A stretch of DNA of 64,000 bases from a bacterium (GCA_029565685.1 JAKQNR010000022.1:556035-620034); one strand, 5' to 3'. Counted from the stretch's first letter, positions 30,101 to 40,166 are shown. Program-made: numbers and translations. The notes: generated from the sequence alone by a model not told the origin.

Positions 30101-31660
30101 CTATTTGGCATAGTTCACCGCTCGGTATTCACGGATGACGGTCACTTTAATTTGGCCGGGGTATTCCATTTCACTCTGGATTTTTTCTGCGATATCCGCC
30201 GCCAGTTGTTCGGACAGGGCGTCATCGATTTTGTCATGTTCGGCGATGACGCGGATTTCACGGCCTGCTTGAATGGCGTAGGCCTTGCCGACGCCGGCGA
30301 AGGATTTGGCCAATCCTTCGAGGTTATCCAGGCGCTTGATATAGGATTCCAGAGTTTCCCGGCGTGCGCCAGGACGCGATCCGCTGATCGCGTCGGCTGC
30401 CATCACCAGCACAGAGATCGGTGAGGTGATCTCGACATCCTCGTGATGGGATGCAATGGCATTCTGCACCACCGGGCCTTCGCCGTACTTGCGTGCGATC
30501 TCTACGCCGATTTGCGTATGGGTGCCGTCCGTATAACGATCAATGGCTTTGCCGATATCATGCAGCAAAGCCGCACGTTTCGCCAGATTGCCGTCAAGAT
30601 CGAGACTGGCTGCCATCAAGCCGCAGAGATAGGACACCTCAATAGAGTGCTGCAGCACGTTTTGTCCGTAGCTGGTGCGGAATTTCAGCTTGCCCAGCAG
30701 TTTGACCAGCTCCGGATGCATGCTGGTGATGCCGCATTCAAGCAGGGCCTGCTCGCCGTCGGCCACCAGGTTCTCCTCCATCTCCTGTTTGACTTTTTCC
30801 ACCAGCTCCTCGATGCGGGTGGGGTGAATGCGGCCATCCGCCACCAGCCGTTCCAAAGCCACGCGGGCGATCTCCCGCCGAAAAGGATCGAATCCGGACA
30901 AGACCACCGCCTCCGGCGTGTCGTCGACGATCACCTCGACGCCGGTCGCCTGTTCAAAGGAGCGGATGTTGCGGCCTTCACGGCCGATGATCCTGCCCTT
31001 CATTTCATCGCTGGGCAGATTGACCACCGACACCGTGGTTTCAGTCGAATGGTCGGCCGCGGTGCGCTGGATCGCTTGAATGATGATCTCTTTAGCCTCG
31101 CGATTGGCCGTCTGCCGGGCGCGGTCCTTGATCTCTTTGACCAGTTGCGCCGCCTCCTGCTTGGCCTTTTCGCTCATGTTTTGAATCAATATTTTTTTCG
31201 CTTCTTCCTGTGAGATGCCGCTGATCTTTTCCAAACGCCGGGACTGTTCTTCGATGATCAATGCCACTTCGCCTTCGCGTTTGTCCAGCTCTTCGGACTT
31301 TTTCTTCAACTCGCCCTCACGATCGTCGAGATCTTTTTCTTTTTTGGTCAACAGATCGTGCCGTCGGTCGAGGTTGAGCTCCCGGGCGTTCAGCTTGTTT
31401 TCAATTTTGGCAAGCTCGTTGCGCCGCGCTTTGGTCTCATTTTCAAAGTTTTGTTTCAGCCGCAGCCACTCGTCCTTGGCCTCCAGCTGTTTTTCTTTTT
31501 TTAGATTCTCCGCATCCTTTTTGGCATCAGCAAGGATCCGTTGGGCCGTTGTTTCGGCGTCCTTGAGCCGATTCTGCCCGAGATGCCTTGAGGTCAGCCA
31601 GCCCGCCAATCCTGCCGCCACGGCAACGACCAGCGCTATCAGCATCATGGTTAGGCTCAT
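30101..31660 (-). CDS. rny: Ribonuclease Y
   Basis: N-terminal TM, coiled coil, KH ([11 protein letters not shown]), HD (LLHDIGK). Confidence 0.98.
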   Translation of the reverse strand: MSLTMMLIALVVAVAAGLAGWLTSRHLGQNRLKDAETTAQRILADAKKDAENLKKEKQLEAKDEWLRLKQNFENETKARRNELAKIENKLNARELNLDRRHDLLTKKEKDLDDREGELKKKSEELDKREGEVALIIEEQSRRLEKISGISQEEAKKILIQNMSEKAKQEAAQLVKEIKDRARQTANREAKEIIIQAIQRTAADHSTETTVSVVNLPSDEMKGRIIGREGRNIRSFEQATGVEVIVDDTPEAVVLSGFDPFRREIARVALERLVADGRIHPTRIEELVEKVKQEMEENLVADGEQALLECGITSMHPELVKLLGKLKFRTSYGQNVLQHSIEVSYLCGLMAASLDLDGNLAKRAALLHDIGKAIDRYTDGTHTQIGVEIARKYGEGPVVQNAIASHHEDVEITSPISVLVMAADAISGSRPGARRETLESYIKRLDNLEGLAKSFAGVGKAYAIQAGREIRVIAEHDKIDDALSEQLAADIAEKIQSEMEYPGQIKVTVIREYRAVNYAK

Positions 31661-31678
31661 CTCCCCTCCAAACTAAAA

Positions 31679-31788
31679 AACCCAGTGCACGTACAAGTCC
31701 ATGGTTTCATATCAAGACACTCTTTCATTTTTACCCAATGAGGTATTTGCGCGTCTTGACAGAGAGGTCTGGCCTCGACGACTGGGTT
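31679..31788 (-). ncRNA. Short 6S-like RNA (110 nt, 6S-Flavo-like) between zapA and rny
   Basis: Rod hairpin: AACCCAGU/ACUGGGUU closing stem, 9x9-nt internal bubble, GUCAAGACGC/GUGUCUUGAU inner stem, U-run; canonical 6S synteny. Confidence 0.65.
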
Positions 31789-31824
31789 GCTGATAACACG
31801 ATCTCGTTCAGGCAGGATTGCGGA

Positions 31825-32136
31825 TTAAAGCCCTCCCGACCCCGGATCATCCTTAATGCCAAATTCCAATTTATCAGTGAGCAATTTTACTTTTTCTTCA
31901 AAGTTAATATGACGTTTCTTCTGCACCTCTTTCTGGTGCAGCAGCTCATCGGTAATGTTGAGTGCGGCCAGGATAGCGATCTGATGCACCGGACGATTCG
32001 GCTTCGCCGCTTGGACTTCCCTCATTTTACTGTCAACATACTCCGCAATCCGTTTGACATATTCCACATTGGCGTTCACCCGTAACGGATATTCGGTCCC
32101 GAAAATATTAACTTTGATGTTATTTTCGCTGCTCAT
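31825..32136 (-). CDS. zapA: Cell division protein ZapA
   Basis: VNIFGTEY, IAEYVDSKM, ILAALNITDEL (alternative start 32148). Confidence 0.92.
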   Translation of the reverse strand: MSSENNIKVNIFGTEYPLRVNANVEYVKRIAEYVDSKMREVQAAKPNRPVHQIAILAALNITDELLHQKEVQKKRHINFEEKVKLLTDKLEFGIKDDPGSGGL

Positions 32137-32206
32137 AGTAACCGGCATCGTTGGTCATGCAACACATTTAACGGTCAGACTCTTTCTGTCTGTACGACGC
32201 GATGGA

Positions 32207-32500
32207 TTAGCGTCCTTCCAGCACCTTGAGCTCGTCTAACTTGGCGAGCATGGATTGAATGCGGACGCGTAATTTATCCTCGGTTTCTTTGTATTTCAGA
32301 AGAATGGCTTCATCCGACTTTATCTTCTGCTCCTCCAGAGTGCGTTGCAGCGATTCCACTCTCAAGTCCGATTCCGCCAGTTTGGTCTTTAACTCTTTAT
32401 TTTCTTCCTGCAGGGAACGGTTGCGCCGATTCAGTTCACTGATCACGGCCAGCGCTTCATCGATGCGTGTTTCCAAAACATCCAATATATTTCGTTCCAC
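32207..32500 (-). CDS. ZapB-like coiled-coil protein
   Basis: LETRIDEAL...LQEEN...RIQSMLAKL; position between pheT and zapA. Confidence 0.7.
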   Translation of the reverse strand: MERNILDVLETRIDEALAVISELNRRNRSLQEENKELKTKLAESDLRVESLQRTLEEQKIKSDEAILLKYKETEDKLRVRIQSMLAKLDELKVLEGR

Positions 32501-32509
32501 TTGGCCCTC

Positions 32510-34900
32510 TTAACGTGGTCGAAGTTCTGCATGCAAAGTGCTTTTCAGGCGATCCAGGATCGCTCTGACCCACCCTTCTATCTCACTTTCGCCTAATGTA
32601 CGTTCTTTTGAAGTAAAGGTCAAGGAAAAAGCGAGACTTTTGCGTCCGACCGGCACCTGTTCTCCTTTATAAAAATCAAATAGATGCACTGAGCTGAGGT
32701 AGGGGCCGCCGGCGCTGCGGATCACGGCTTCGATCTCCGCCACCGGTGTGTTCACATCTGCCAAAATGGCCAAGTCGAACGGCGCAGACGGAAAGCGCGG
32801 CACCGGCGTGAACAAGCGTCGCCGAGAGGCGGCCTGAGCCAGGCTTTCCATGTCAAAAACAAACGCAAAGACGTCATGAGTCTTAATCTTGAACTCTTCA
32901 CAGATCGAACGCTGAATTTGGCCGAACACACCGAGTTCCTGGCCGCCGATCTGCAGGGAGACGCTCTCCACATCCCAGATGGAGGAAGCGACCGGTTGTA
33001 GAGCATAGCCGTTCAAGGCCAATTTTTCCAGCATTGACAGAGCAATGCCCTTGATGTCGTAAAAGTCAAAGGCATGGGCCTGACTGTGCCAGGCCTGCTC
33101 TTGCCGGTCTCCAGCCAGTATCACCACGCCCTGCTTTTTTTCCACATACTCCCCTTGCTTTTTCCAGGCGGCGTTGCCGATTTCAAAAAAGCGCAGCGTG
33201 GAAATCTGGCGGTTGCGGTTGTAGGCGACATTAGCCAACGCCGAGATGAGCAGACTGGGACGAAAGGTCGACAGTTCGGCGCTCAAGGGATTGAGCAGCT
33301 CCACCCTTTCGCCGCCCGTGGGCAAAAACCTGTCAGCGAGTTGAGGTGTGACCAGGCTCAGGGATACCGTTTCGCGCAGACCGAATCCGCTCAACAAAAT
33401 ACGCAGACGATCGAGAAAAGCCACCTGTGTGTTGCTCGTCTGCCTCTGATCGATGCGGGCGGTGGTGTATTGGGGAATACGATCATATCCGTACAGCCGA
33501 CCGACCTCCTCGACGATGTCTATCTCCCGCGTAAGATCGTGACGAAAAGTGGGAATGGAAAGCTGAAGCCGGTCGCCCGCTGATCCGGAAAGCGAAATTT
33601 CCAACGGCGCCAAAATCGCACCCATCTTGTTTTTGGATATTTTCGCGCCTAAAAGCCGGTTGATGTTTTTTACCGATACCGTCACTTTGCCCGGTTTGAC
33701 CTTGTGGCTGACGACGTCATCGGCTTCGCCGCGCAGCTGCGCACCCGCCACCAGCATCAGCAGCTGCGCAGCGCGGTTCAAAGCGTACAGCGTGCCATTG
33801 GGATCCGTGCCGCGTTCAAACCGGCGGGACGATTCGGTGGAGAGATCCAGTTTTTTTGAAGTGCGGCGAATGCCCGTGGGCTCAAAGCACGCGCTCTCCA
33901 GGTACACGGTGCGGGTATCAGCCAGGACCTCGGAATTGATTCCCCCCATGACGCCGGCCAGCGCAACCGGCTTGACGCCGTCGCAGATCAAGCACATCGA
34001 TTCGTCGAGCATACGCTCCTGACCGTCCAAAGTGACGAAAGGCTCGCCCGCCTGTGCCGCGCGCACACGGATTTCATGTTTTTCCAACATGCGATGATCG
34101 AACGCGTGCAACGGCTGTCCACTTTCCAACATGACATAGTTGGTGACATCCACCACATTGTTGATGGCCCGCATGCCGCAGGCATACAGGCGGGAGGCCA
34201 TCCAGTAGGGCGACGGTTGAATGGCGATGTGTTCCAACATGCGGCCCGAGTATCTATAACAGTGTTCCGGACTCTGGATCTTGATCTTCATGCCGGATCG
34301 ATGTGGACCTTTTACTTTCGGCAAAACAGCTCTGGGCCGGCGCAGGCGCATTCCGGTGATCGCACTGATCTCTCTCGCCAGGCCGATGATGCTCAGGCAG
34401 TCCGGCCGGTTCGGCGTAATAAAGACATCGAACACATAGTCCTGATCGCCCACCACTTTTTTCAGATCGGTGCCTGGCCGCACGTCGGCGGATAAGACCA
34501 TTAGTTCCTCGCCGCGCTCCGTCAGTCCCAATTCCGCTTCAGAACAGAGCATGCCGGCGCTGGCGAATCCATGCAAGTGACGAATTCCTACGCTGGTCCC
34601 ATCGGCCAGCGTGGCGCCCGGTTGCGCCAGGGGCACTACGATTCCTTCGGCGGTGTTCGGCGCCGCACAAATCACTTGCACCGGCGCTGCCCCGGCGTCC
34701 ACCTGGCACAGCCATCGCCCCTCTGCGTTCGCCAACGGCACGCAGGACAGCACCTTGGCAGCCACCACTTGGCTGAAGCGGCGTTCCACAGGTTCCCAGC
34801 TCTCCACCTCCAGGCCGGCCATGGTCAAGGCGTCCGCCAACTGCTGGGGAGGCATGATGATGTCAACAAATTCTTGTAGCCAGCTGAGCGTAGCTTTCAA
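32510..34900 (-). CDS. pheT: Phenylalanyl-tRNA synthetase beta subunit
   Basis: SAGMLCS, TPNRPDCLS, GQPLHAFD, RFERG, FDX-ACB C-terminus. Confidence 0.97.
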   Translation of the reverse strand: MKATLSWLQEFVDIIMPPQQLADALTMAGLEVESWEPVERRFSQVVAAKVLSCVPLANAEGRWLCQVDAGAAPVQVICAAPNTAEGIVVPLAQPGATLADGTSVGIRHLHGFASAGMLCSEAELGLTERGEELMVLSADVRPGTDLKKVVGDQDYVFDVFITPNRPDCLSIIGLAREISAITGMRLRRPRAVLPKVKGPHRSGMKIKIQSPEHCYRYSGRMLEHIAIQPSPYWMASRLYACGMRAINNVVDVTNYVMLESGQPLHAFDHRMLEKHEIRVRAAQAGEPFVTLDGQERMLDESMCLICDGVKPVALAGVMGGINSEVLADTRTVYLESACFEPTGIRRTSKKLDLSTESSRRFERGTDPNGTLYALNRAAQLLMLVAGAQLRGEADDVVSHKVKPGKVTVSVKNINRLLGAKISKNKMGAILAPLEISLSGSAGDRLQLSIPTFRHDLTREIDIVEEVGRLYGYDRIPQYTTARIDQRQTSNTQVAFLDRLRILLSGFGLRETVSLSLVTPQLADRFLPTGGERVELLNPLSAELSTFRPSLLISALANVAYNRNRQISTLRFFEIGNAAWKKQGEYVEKKQGVVILAGDRQEQAWHSQAHAFDFYDIKGIALSMLEKLALNGYALQPVASSIWDVESVSLQIGGQELGVFGQIQRSICEEFKIKTHDVFAFVFDMESLAQAASRRRLFTPVPRFPSAPFDLAILADVNTPVAEIEAVIRSAGGPYLSSVHLFDFYKGEQVPVGRKSLAFSLTFTSKERTLGESEIEGWVRAILDRLKSTLHAELRPR

Positions 34901-34913
34901 AATTCAAGTCCGG

Positions 34914-35942
34914 TTAGAATTGTTCCAAGAATCTCAGGTCATTATCGAAGAAATAGCGAATATCATTAATTTGATACTTGAGCATGGCGATGCGTTCTAC
35001 GCCCATGCCGAAAGCATAGCCGGAATACACGTTTGGATCATAATCGACGAAACCGAACACCGCTGGATCCACCATTCCGGCGCCGGAGATTTCGATCCAG
35101 CCAGTTCCTTTGCACACTCGGCATCCTTTTCCTTGGCAGACAAAGCAAGAAAAATCATATTCTGCACTGGGCTCGGTGAAGGGGAAAAAGCTGGGCCGGA
35201 AACGAACGCGGACATCCTGGCCGAACATTTTTTGTGCAAACACCTGCACCACACCTTTCAAGTCGGCGAAGGAGATGTCACGATCCACACACAAGCCCTC
35301 CACCTGATGAAATGTGGGAGAATGGGTGGCGTCTGGTGTGTCTTTGCGAAAGCAGCGTCCCGGAGCGATCATGCGCACCGGCGGTTTTTGCCGCTCCATG
35401 GTACGGATCTGCACCGGCGAGGTGTGAGTGCGCAGCACGTATTTGCCGTCGAGATAAAATGTGTCCTGCATGTCGCGCGACGGGTGATACGGCGGGATAT
35501 TGAGCGCTTCAAAATTATAATAGTCCAGCTCAATTTCCGGTCCCTCTTCGATGCGAAAGCCCATGGAAGTGAAAATGCTTTTGATTTCATCCAGCACCTG
35601 CATCAGCGGATGCAGGCCGCCCGAGGCGGGCGAACGTCCGGGCAGGCTATAATCGAATTGCTCGATCGTTTTGGCTGATTGGGCGGCTTTTGAAAGCTTG
35701 GCGGTCAGTTTCTCTTCAAATTCCTTTTTCAGTCGATTCAGTTCCTGCCCGATCATCGGCCGCTCGGCCGGATCCAGCTGAGCCAGGCTGCTGAACAGCG
35801 CCTGCACTCGGCCCTTGCGACCGAGATAGAGAATGCGGAGTTGCTCCAACTGCTGGCGGTCTTGAACCGTCAGCAGTTGAGCGACAAACTCCTGTTCCGT
35901 GTTGTGAATCAGCGCTTGTATTTTTGCGAATGCGTCCGTCAT
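34914..35942 (-). CDS. pheS: Phenylalanyl-tRNA synthetase alpha subunit
   Basis: HPSRDMQDTF, LRTHTSPVQ, FPFTEPS, AFGMGVER; ATG 35942. Confidence 0.97.
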   Translation of the reverse strand: MTDAFAKIQALIHNTEQEFVAQLLTVQDRQQLEQLRILYLGRKGRVQALFSSLAQLDPAERPMIGQELNRLKKEFEEKLTAKLSKAAQSAKTIEQFDYSLPGRSPASGGLHPLMQVLDEIKSIFTSMGFRIEEGPEIELDYYNFEALNIPPYHPSRDMQDTFYLDGKYVLRTHTSPVQIRTMERQKPPVRMIAPGRCFRKDTPDATHSPTFHQVEGLCVDRDISFADLKGVVQVFAQKMFGQDVRVRFRPSFFPFTEPSAEYDFSCFVCQGKGCRVCKGTGWIEISGAGMVDPAVFGFVDYDPNVYSGYAFGMGVERIAMLKYQINDIRYFFDNDLRFLEQF

Positions 35943-35952
35943 GGCGTCCGTT

Positions 35953-36300
35953 TCAGGATTTGGCCGTCTTGACCAGCGCCTCGAAAGCCGGCAGGTCATG
36001 AACCGCCAGGTCGGCCAGAACCTTGCGGTTGATTTCGATATTGTGCTTTTTCAGCCCGTCAATCAACATAGAATAGCTCGAATCAAACATTCGGGCTGCC
36101 GCGTTAATGCGCACAATCCACAAACTACGAAATTCGCGTCTTCTGACTCGGCGATCGCGGTAGGCGTACTGAAGCCCCTTGTCGACCTGCTCTTTGGCAG
36201 ATCGCCAGAGACGGCTTTTCCCGCCCCAATAGCCTTTAGCGGCTTTTAAATATTTGTTTCGACGGTGACGCGTTACGACCGGCGAATGGGATCTTGGCAT
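35953..36300 (-). CDS. rplT: 50S ribosomal protein L20
   Basis: AKGYWG, AYRDRR, FRSLWIVRINAA, NRKVLADLA. Confidence 0.98.
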   Translation of the reverse strand: MPRSHSPVVTRHRRNKYLKAAKGYWGGKSRLWRSAKEQVDKGLQYAYRDRRVRRREFRSLWIVRINAAARMFDSSYSMLIDGLKKHNIEINRKVLADLAVHDLPAFEALVKTAKS

Positions 36301-36330
36301 AACTCCTCCAAAAGATTAAGGTCTGCCCGA

Positions 36331-36525
36331 TCAGGCAGAGATCATTTTTTTGACGCGTGCCTCATCGACCGGATGGATGATGTCGGCACGCCGCAGCGCA
36401 CGTTTGCGCTTGCGCGTTTTCTTGGTTAAAATGTGGCGTTTGCACGAATGGTTGCTGCGCACTTTACCCGTTCCCGTCAACCGAAAACGTTTTTTAGCCG
36501 CCCGGTTTGACTTTTGTTTCGGCAT
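36331..36525 (-). CDS. rpmI: 50S ribosomal protein L35
   Basis: MPKQKSNRAAKKRF..TGTGK, HILTKK. Confidence 0.98.
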   Translation of the reverse strand: MPKQKSNRAAKKRFRLTGTGKVRSNHSCKRHILTKKTRKRKRALRRADIIHPVDEARVKKMISA

Positions 36526-36552
36526 TGTGTCCCTCTCATGAAAAATGGATGA

Positions 36553-37062
36553 TTATTTTTTCGTATAGACGACCACCAGAGTTCCGCCTTCCATCGCCGG
36601 TTCCTTGTCGTATTTGGCGATGTCTTCGAGCGCTTTGGTGAAATTTTCCATCACGCGCTTACCGAACTCCTGGTGAATCATCTCACGTCCTTTGAACACC
36701 ACCGAGGCCTTGACGCGGTTGCCCTCCTCAAGAAATTTGCGGGCGTGTTTGACCTTGAAATCGAAATCATGTTCTTCGATCTTGGGTCGCAGCCGTATCT
36801 CCTTGGTCAGGATGATGTGTTGTTTTTTTCTGGTTTCTTTTTCTTTTTTGGCCAGTTCGTACTTGTACTTGCCAAAATCCATGATTTTGCACACAGGCGG
36901 ATCGGAGTTGGGCGAAACTTCAACCAGGTCGAATCCCGCCGATTCCGCTCTTCTGAGCGCCTCACTGATCTTGATCAGGCCTAGCTGCTCACCGGCCTCG
37001 CCGATCAGGCGCACCACCGGAACATCAATCTGTTCATTGATGCGAATGGCTTTTTTCTTGAT
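36553..37062 (-). CDS. infC: Translation initiation factor IF-3, ATC start
   Basis: AAGGAG-N7-ATC in frame gives IKKKAIRINEQI; DLVEVSP, PPVCKIMD. Confidence 0.95.
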   Translation of the reverse strand: MKKKAIRINEQIDVPVVRLIGEAGEQLGLIKISEALRRAESAGFDLVEVSPNSDPPVCKIMDFGKYKYELAKKEKETRKKQHIILTKEIRLRPKIEEHDFDFKVKHARKFLEEGNRVKASVVFKGREMIHQEFGKRVMENFTKALEDIAKYDKEPAMEGGTLVVVYTKK

Positions 37063-37087
37063 GGGATATCTCCTTATATTAGTCCTT

Positions 37088-37119
37088 AAAAAGGCTCGAA
37101 TCCGCCAAAGCGAACCGAG
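37088..37119 (-). terminator. Hairpin plus U-run between thrS and infC
   Basis: CUCGGUUCGC-UUUG-GCGGAUUCGAG then CCUUUUU. Confidence 0.45.
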
Positions 37120-37120
37120 A

Positions 37121-39034
37121 TTAACCTTTGGTTCTCTCCTTCTCTTTGATCTCGTCTACAACGGATTGGACGGAATGAACGCCGCAATCCCCTTCTTTAT
37201 GCTTACGCAGGGAGACTGTGTTGGTATCAACCTCTTTTTGTCCAAGGACCAGCATATAGGGTATCTTTTGAGTTTCCGCTTCACGAATCTTGTAGCCGAC
37301 TTTTTCGCTGCGATCATCCAATTGGACGCGAAGGCCCTGCTGGTGCAGCGTTTCGAAAACTGTTCGTCCATACTCAGCCTGCTTTTCCGTGATCGGCAGC
37401 ACGATGGCTTGCACCGGCGCCAGCCAGAGGGGAAAGGCGCCTGCGTAGTGTTCGATCAAGACGCCGAAAAACCGCTCCAGGGAGCCGAGCAGGGCACGAT
37501 GGAGCATAATCGGACGGTGGCGGTTGCCGTCCTGACCGATATAGGTGATGTCGAACCGCTCGGGTTCGTTGAAATCGACCTGAATGGTTGAACACTGCCA
37601 GGTTCGTCCCAGGCGGTCCCGTATCTTGATGTCGATCTTGGGCCCGTAGAACACACCCTCTCCCGGATCCACCTGGTACTCCACCTGAGCCCGTTCCAAG
37701 GCGTTCTTGAGCGCTTCTGTGGCGATCTGCCAGTTCTCCACGGTGCCGACCGCATTGGCGGGACGGGTGGACAGATAGACGTCGTAGGATTCGAATCCAA
37801 AGGAGCGCAGCATGTACAGGCAAAAATCCAGCACGCGGGAGATCTCAGCGTCCAGTTGATCCGGACGACAGATCAAATGCGCATCGTCCTGCGTAAAGCC
37901 GCGCACGCGTAAAAGACCGTGCAACACACCGGATCGCTCGTAACGATAAACCGTGCCGAGCTCGGCCCAGCGCAACGGCAGATCCCGATAACTGCGCATG
38001 CTGTTTTTGTAAATCTGCAGATGAAACGGACAGTTCATCGGCTTGATCAGGTATTCGACCTCATCCACCACCATGGGGGAAAACATGTTTTCATGAAAAA
38101 AATCCAGATGGCCGCTGGTGCTCCATAGATTCGCCCGTGCAATATGAGGCGTATTGACAAACTCATAGCCCGCTTTCAGGTGCTCCTGTTTCCAGAACTC
38201 TTCGATTTTGTAACGGATAAAGGCGCCCTTGGGGTGCCACAGTATCAATCCGGCGCCGATCTCTTCGTTGATGCTGTAGAGATCAAGCTCTTTGCCCAGG
38301 CGACGATGGTCGCGCTTTTTGGCTTCTTCCAAACGCAGCAGATACTCATCCAACTGCGCCTTTTTACTGAAAGCGACGCCGTAAACGCGCTGCAGCATGG
38401 GATTTTTTTCATCGCCCAGCCAATAGGCGCCCGCCACGCTCAACAGCTTGAAGTATTTGACGGCGCCGGTGGATGGAAGATGGGGCCCGCGGCAGAGATC
38501 GACAAAATCACCTTCTCGATAAATGCTCGGCGGTTCGTTCAGCCGTTCAATCTGCTCCAGCTTGTAGGTCTCGCCCAGACTTTTAAAAAGTTTCAACGCC
38601 TCTGCTTTGTCCAGATCCTCCCGAACAAAGGGGAGATCCGCCTTGACGATCTCCGCCATCTTTTTTTCAATCGCTTGCAGATCTTCCGGGGTCAGCGGCC
38701 GGGCGATGTCGACATCATAATAAAAACCATCCTCCACCGGCGGGCCGAAAGCGAATTTGGCCTGAGGGAAAAGTGATTTAATGGCATGCGCCATCACATG
38801 GGCGGAGGAATGCCAAAAGATATTCATGCCCTCTGCAGAGTCCGCGGTGATGAAAACCAGCTTGCCGTCGCTGGTCAAAGGCGCCGATAGATCCAACCAG
38901 CGCTCATCATATTTGGCCGCGATCGCTTCCCGGCTGATACGACCATTGATCTCGGATAAGATATCCCGCACGCGTACGCCGGCCGGATACTGTTTTGTTT
39001 TCCCGTCCGGAAAAGTGACTGTGATCTCAGCCAT
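37121..39034 (-). CDS. thrS: Threonyl-tRNA synthetase
   Basis: HSSAH, DLCRGPH, RDHRRLG, KPMNCP, FYGPKID. Confidence 0.98.
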   Translation of the reverse strand: MAEITVTFPDGKTKQYPAGVRVRDILSEINGRISREAIAAKYDERWLDLSAPLTSDGKLVFITADSAEGMNIFWHSSAHVMAHAIKSLFPQAKFAFGPPVEDGFYYDVDIARPLTPEDLQAIEKKMAEIVKADLPFVREDLDKAEALKLFKSLGETYKLEQIERLNEPPSIYREGDFVDLCRGPHLPSTGAVKYFKLLSVAGAYWLGDEKNPMLQRVYGVAFSKKAQLDEYLLRLEEAKKRDHRRLGKELDLYSINEEIGAGLILWHPKGAFIRYKIEEFWKQEHLKAGYEFVNTPHIARANLWSTSGHLDFFHENMFSPMVVDEVEYLIKPMNCPFHLQIYKNSMRSYRDLPLRWAELGTVYRYERSGVLHGLLRVRGFTQDDAHLICRPDQLDAEISRVLDFCLYMLRSFGFESYDVYLSTRPANAVGTVENWQIATEALKNALERAQVEYQVDPGEGVFYGPKIDIKIRDRLGRTWQCSTIQVDFNEPERFDITYIGQDGNRHRPIMLHRALLGSLERFFGVLIEHYAGAFPLWLAPVQAIVLPITEKQAEYGRTVFETLHQQGLRVQLDDRSEKVGYKIREAETQKIPYMLVLGQKEVDTNTVSLRKHKEGDCGVHSVQSVVDEIKEKERTKG

Positions 39035-39111
39035 CCCGCTCTCATACTAGTTAAGGAATGAGTGCGCCGTGACTATGGCGCCGTTCGCCGGAAGGTCCGG
39101 CCTTCTATCGA

Positions 39112-39140
39112 TAAAACAAGAAACCGCCCCGGAAGGCGGC
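39112..39140 (-). terminator. Terminator after the tRNA operon
   Basis: GCCGCCU-UCC-GGGGCGGU followed by U-rich tail. Confidence 0.6.
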
Positions 39141-39162
39141 TGTGACAATGGGTGATACGGTG

Positions 39163-39236
39163 TGGGCGGTACTGGAATTGAACCAGTGACCCCTTGCATG
39201 TCAAGCAAGTACTCTAACCAGCTGAGCTAACCGCCC
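39163..39236 (-). tRNA. tRNA-Val(GAC)
   Basis: Cloverleaf, anticodon arm CTTGC-TTGACAT-GCAAG. Confidence 0.96.
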
Positions 39237-39319
39237 CAGTGTTGCTTACACCTCCATGATGGTCATTTAAAAAAAAAGCGTTCCTGGCGGTAACGCTCTT
39301 CTTGATCAACCATCCCTTG

Positions 39320-39405
39320 TGCCGAGGGCCGGAATCGAACCGGCACGGACTTTGCAATCCGAGGGATTTTAAGTCCCTTGCGTCTACCATTTCCGCCACC
39401 CCGGC
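39320..39405 (-). tRNA. tRNA-Leu(TAA)
   Basis: Long variable arm, anticodon loop CTTAAAA. Confidence 0.96.
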
Positions 39406-39424
39406 TCCTGCGGCCTCACAAGTA

Positions 39425-39500
39425 TGGAGGCGGCGATCGGAATCGAACCGATGCATAGAGGTTTTGCAGACCTCCGCCTTAGCCACTTGGCTACGCCGCC
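39425..39500 (-). tRNA. tRNA-Cys(GCA), CCA encoded
   Basis: Anticodon arm GAGGT-CTGCAAA-ACCTC. Confidence 0.96.
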
Positions 39501-39513
39501 GCACGATTCTTTG

Positions 39514-39585
39514 AGCGGGAGACGGGACTTGAACCCGCGACCCCAACCTTGGCAAGGTTATGTTCTACCACTGAACTACTCCCGC
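39514..39585 (-). tRNA. tRNA-Gly(GCC)
   Basis: Anticodon loop TTGCCAA; conserved Gly-Cys-Leu order. Confidence 0.96.
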
Positions 39586-39596
39586 TTGCAAGGTTT

Positions 39597-39625
39597 AATA
39601 TAAATATATTTTGATCTTTATGCAA
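39597..39625 (-). promoter_or_regulatory. Promoter of the Gly-Cys-Leu-Val tRNA operon
   Basis: TTGCAT-N17-TATATT. Confidence 0.65.
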
Positions 39626-39790
39626 GTATTTTTTTAAAAAACGTCGATTTTCTGCCATTCTGTTGTGCATTTTTTATTTTACGCACTCCTGAACGTTTGA
39701 GGGTATGTCCAAGCGTCTATCATGAGTGGGGAAAAACGTTAAGATTCTGTGGTGTGGAGGTGCGTTACGTCCTATTCAACCGCTAAAACG

Positions 39791-39985
39791 ATGCTGACAC
39801 TGATTATAACCTGTGAGGCATGCGGGCTCGTCGATCGGTATCAGGCAGAGGATGAGTCGGAAATTGCCAGGCTTGTTCAGGCCTATAGCTGTCCCAACCA
39901 TTGCGACAAAAAATATTGCAGCTACATCAGTGTGGGGCAAATTATACTTTCAAACCAGCGACCTGCCTTTCCCCGTGTGGCGTAA
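39791..39985 (+). CDS. Small Cys-rich hypothetical protein (64 aa; start uncertain)
   Basis: CEAC...CPNHC...C; ends immediately before a bidirectional terminator. Confidence 0.55.
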   Translation: MLTLIITCEACGLVDRYQAEDESEIARLVQAYSCPNHCDKKYCSYISVGQIILSNQRPAFPRVA

Positions 39986-39990
39986 ACACA

Positions 39991-40027
39991 GAAAAAGGCT
40001 GATGAAATATATTCATCAGCCTTTTTC
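39991..40027. terminator. Bidirectional terminator
   Basis: GAAAAAGGCTGATGAA/TTCATCAGCCTTTTTC. Confidence 0.8.
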
Positions 40028-40030
40028 TTG

Positions 40031-40104
<74 letters not shown>

Positions 40105-40114
40105 TATAGATTAT

Positions 40115-40143
40115 ATTTTAACCATTTTTATGATCAATGTCAA
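40115..40143 (-). promoter_or_regulatory. Promoter of tRNA-Ala
   Basis: TTGACA-N17-TAAAAT. Confidence 0.7.
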
Positions 40144-40166
40144 CAAAAATATATCATGCATCGGCG

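Noticed and set aside
39214..39555. ORFs over the tRNA cluster (also 23752-24012 and 39813-40100)
   Set aside because: Shadows of tRNA genes
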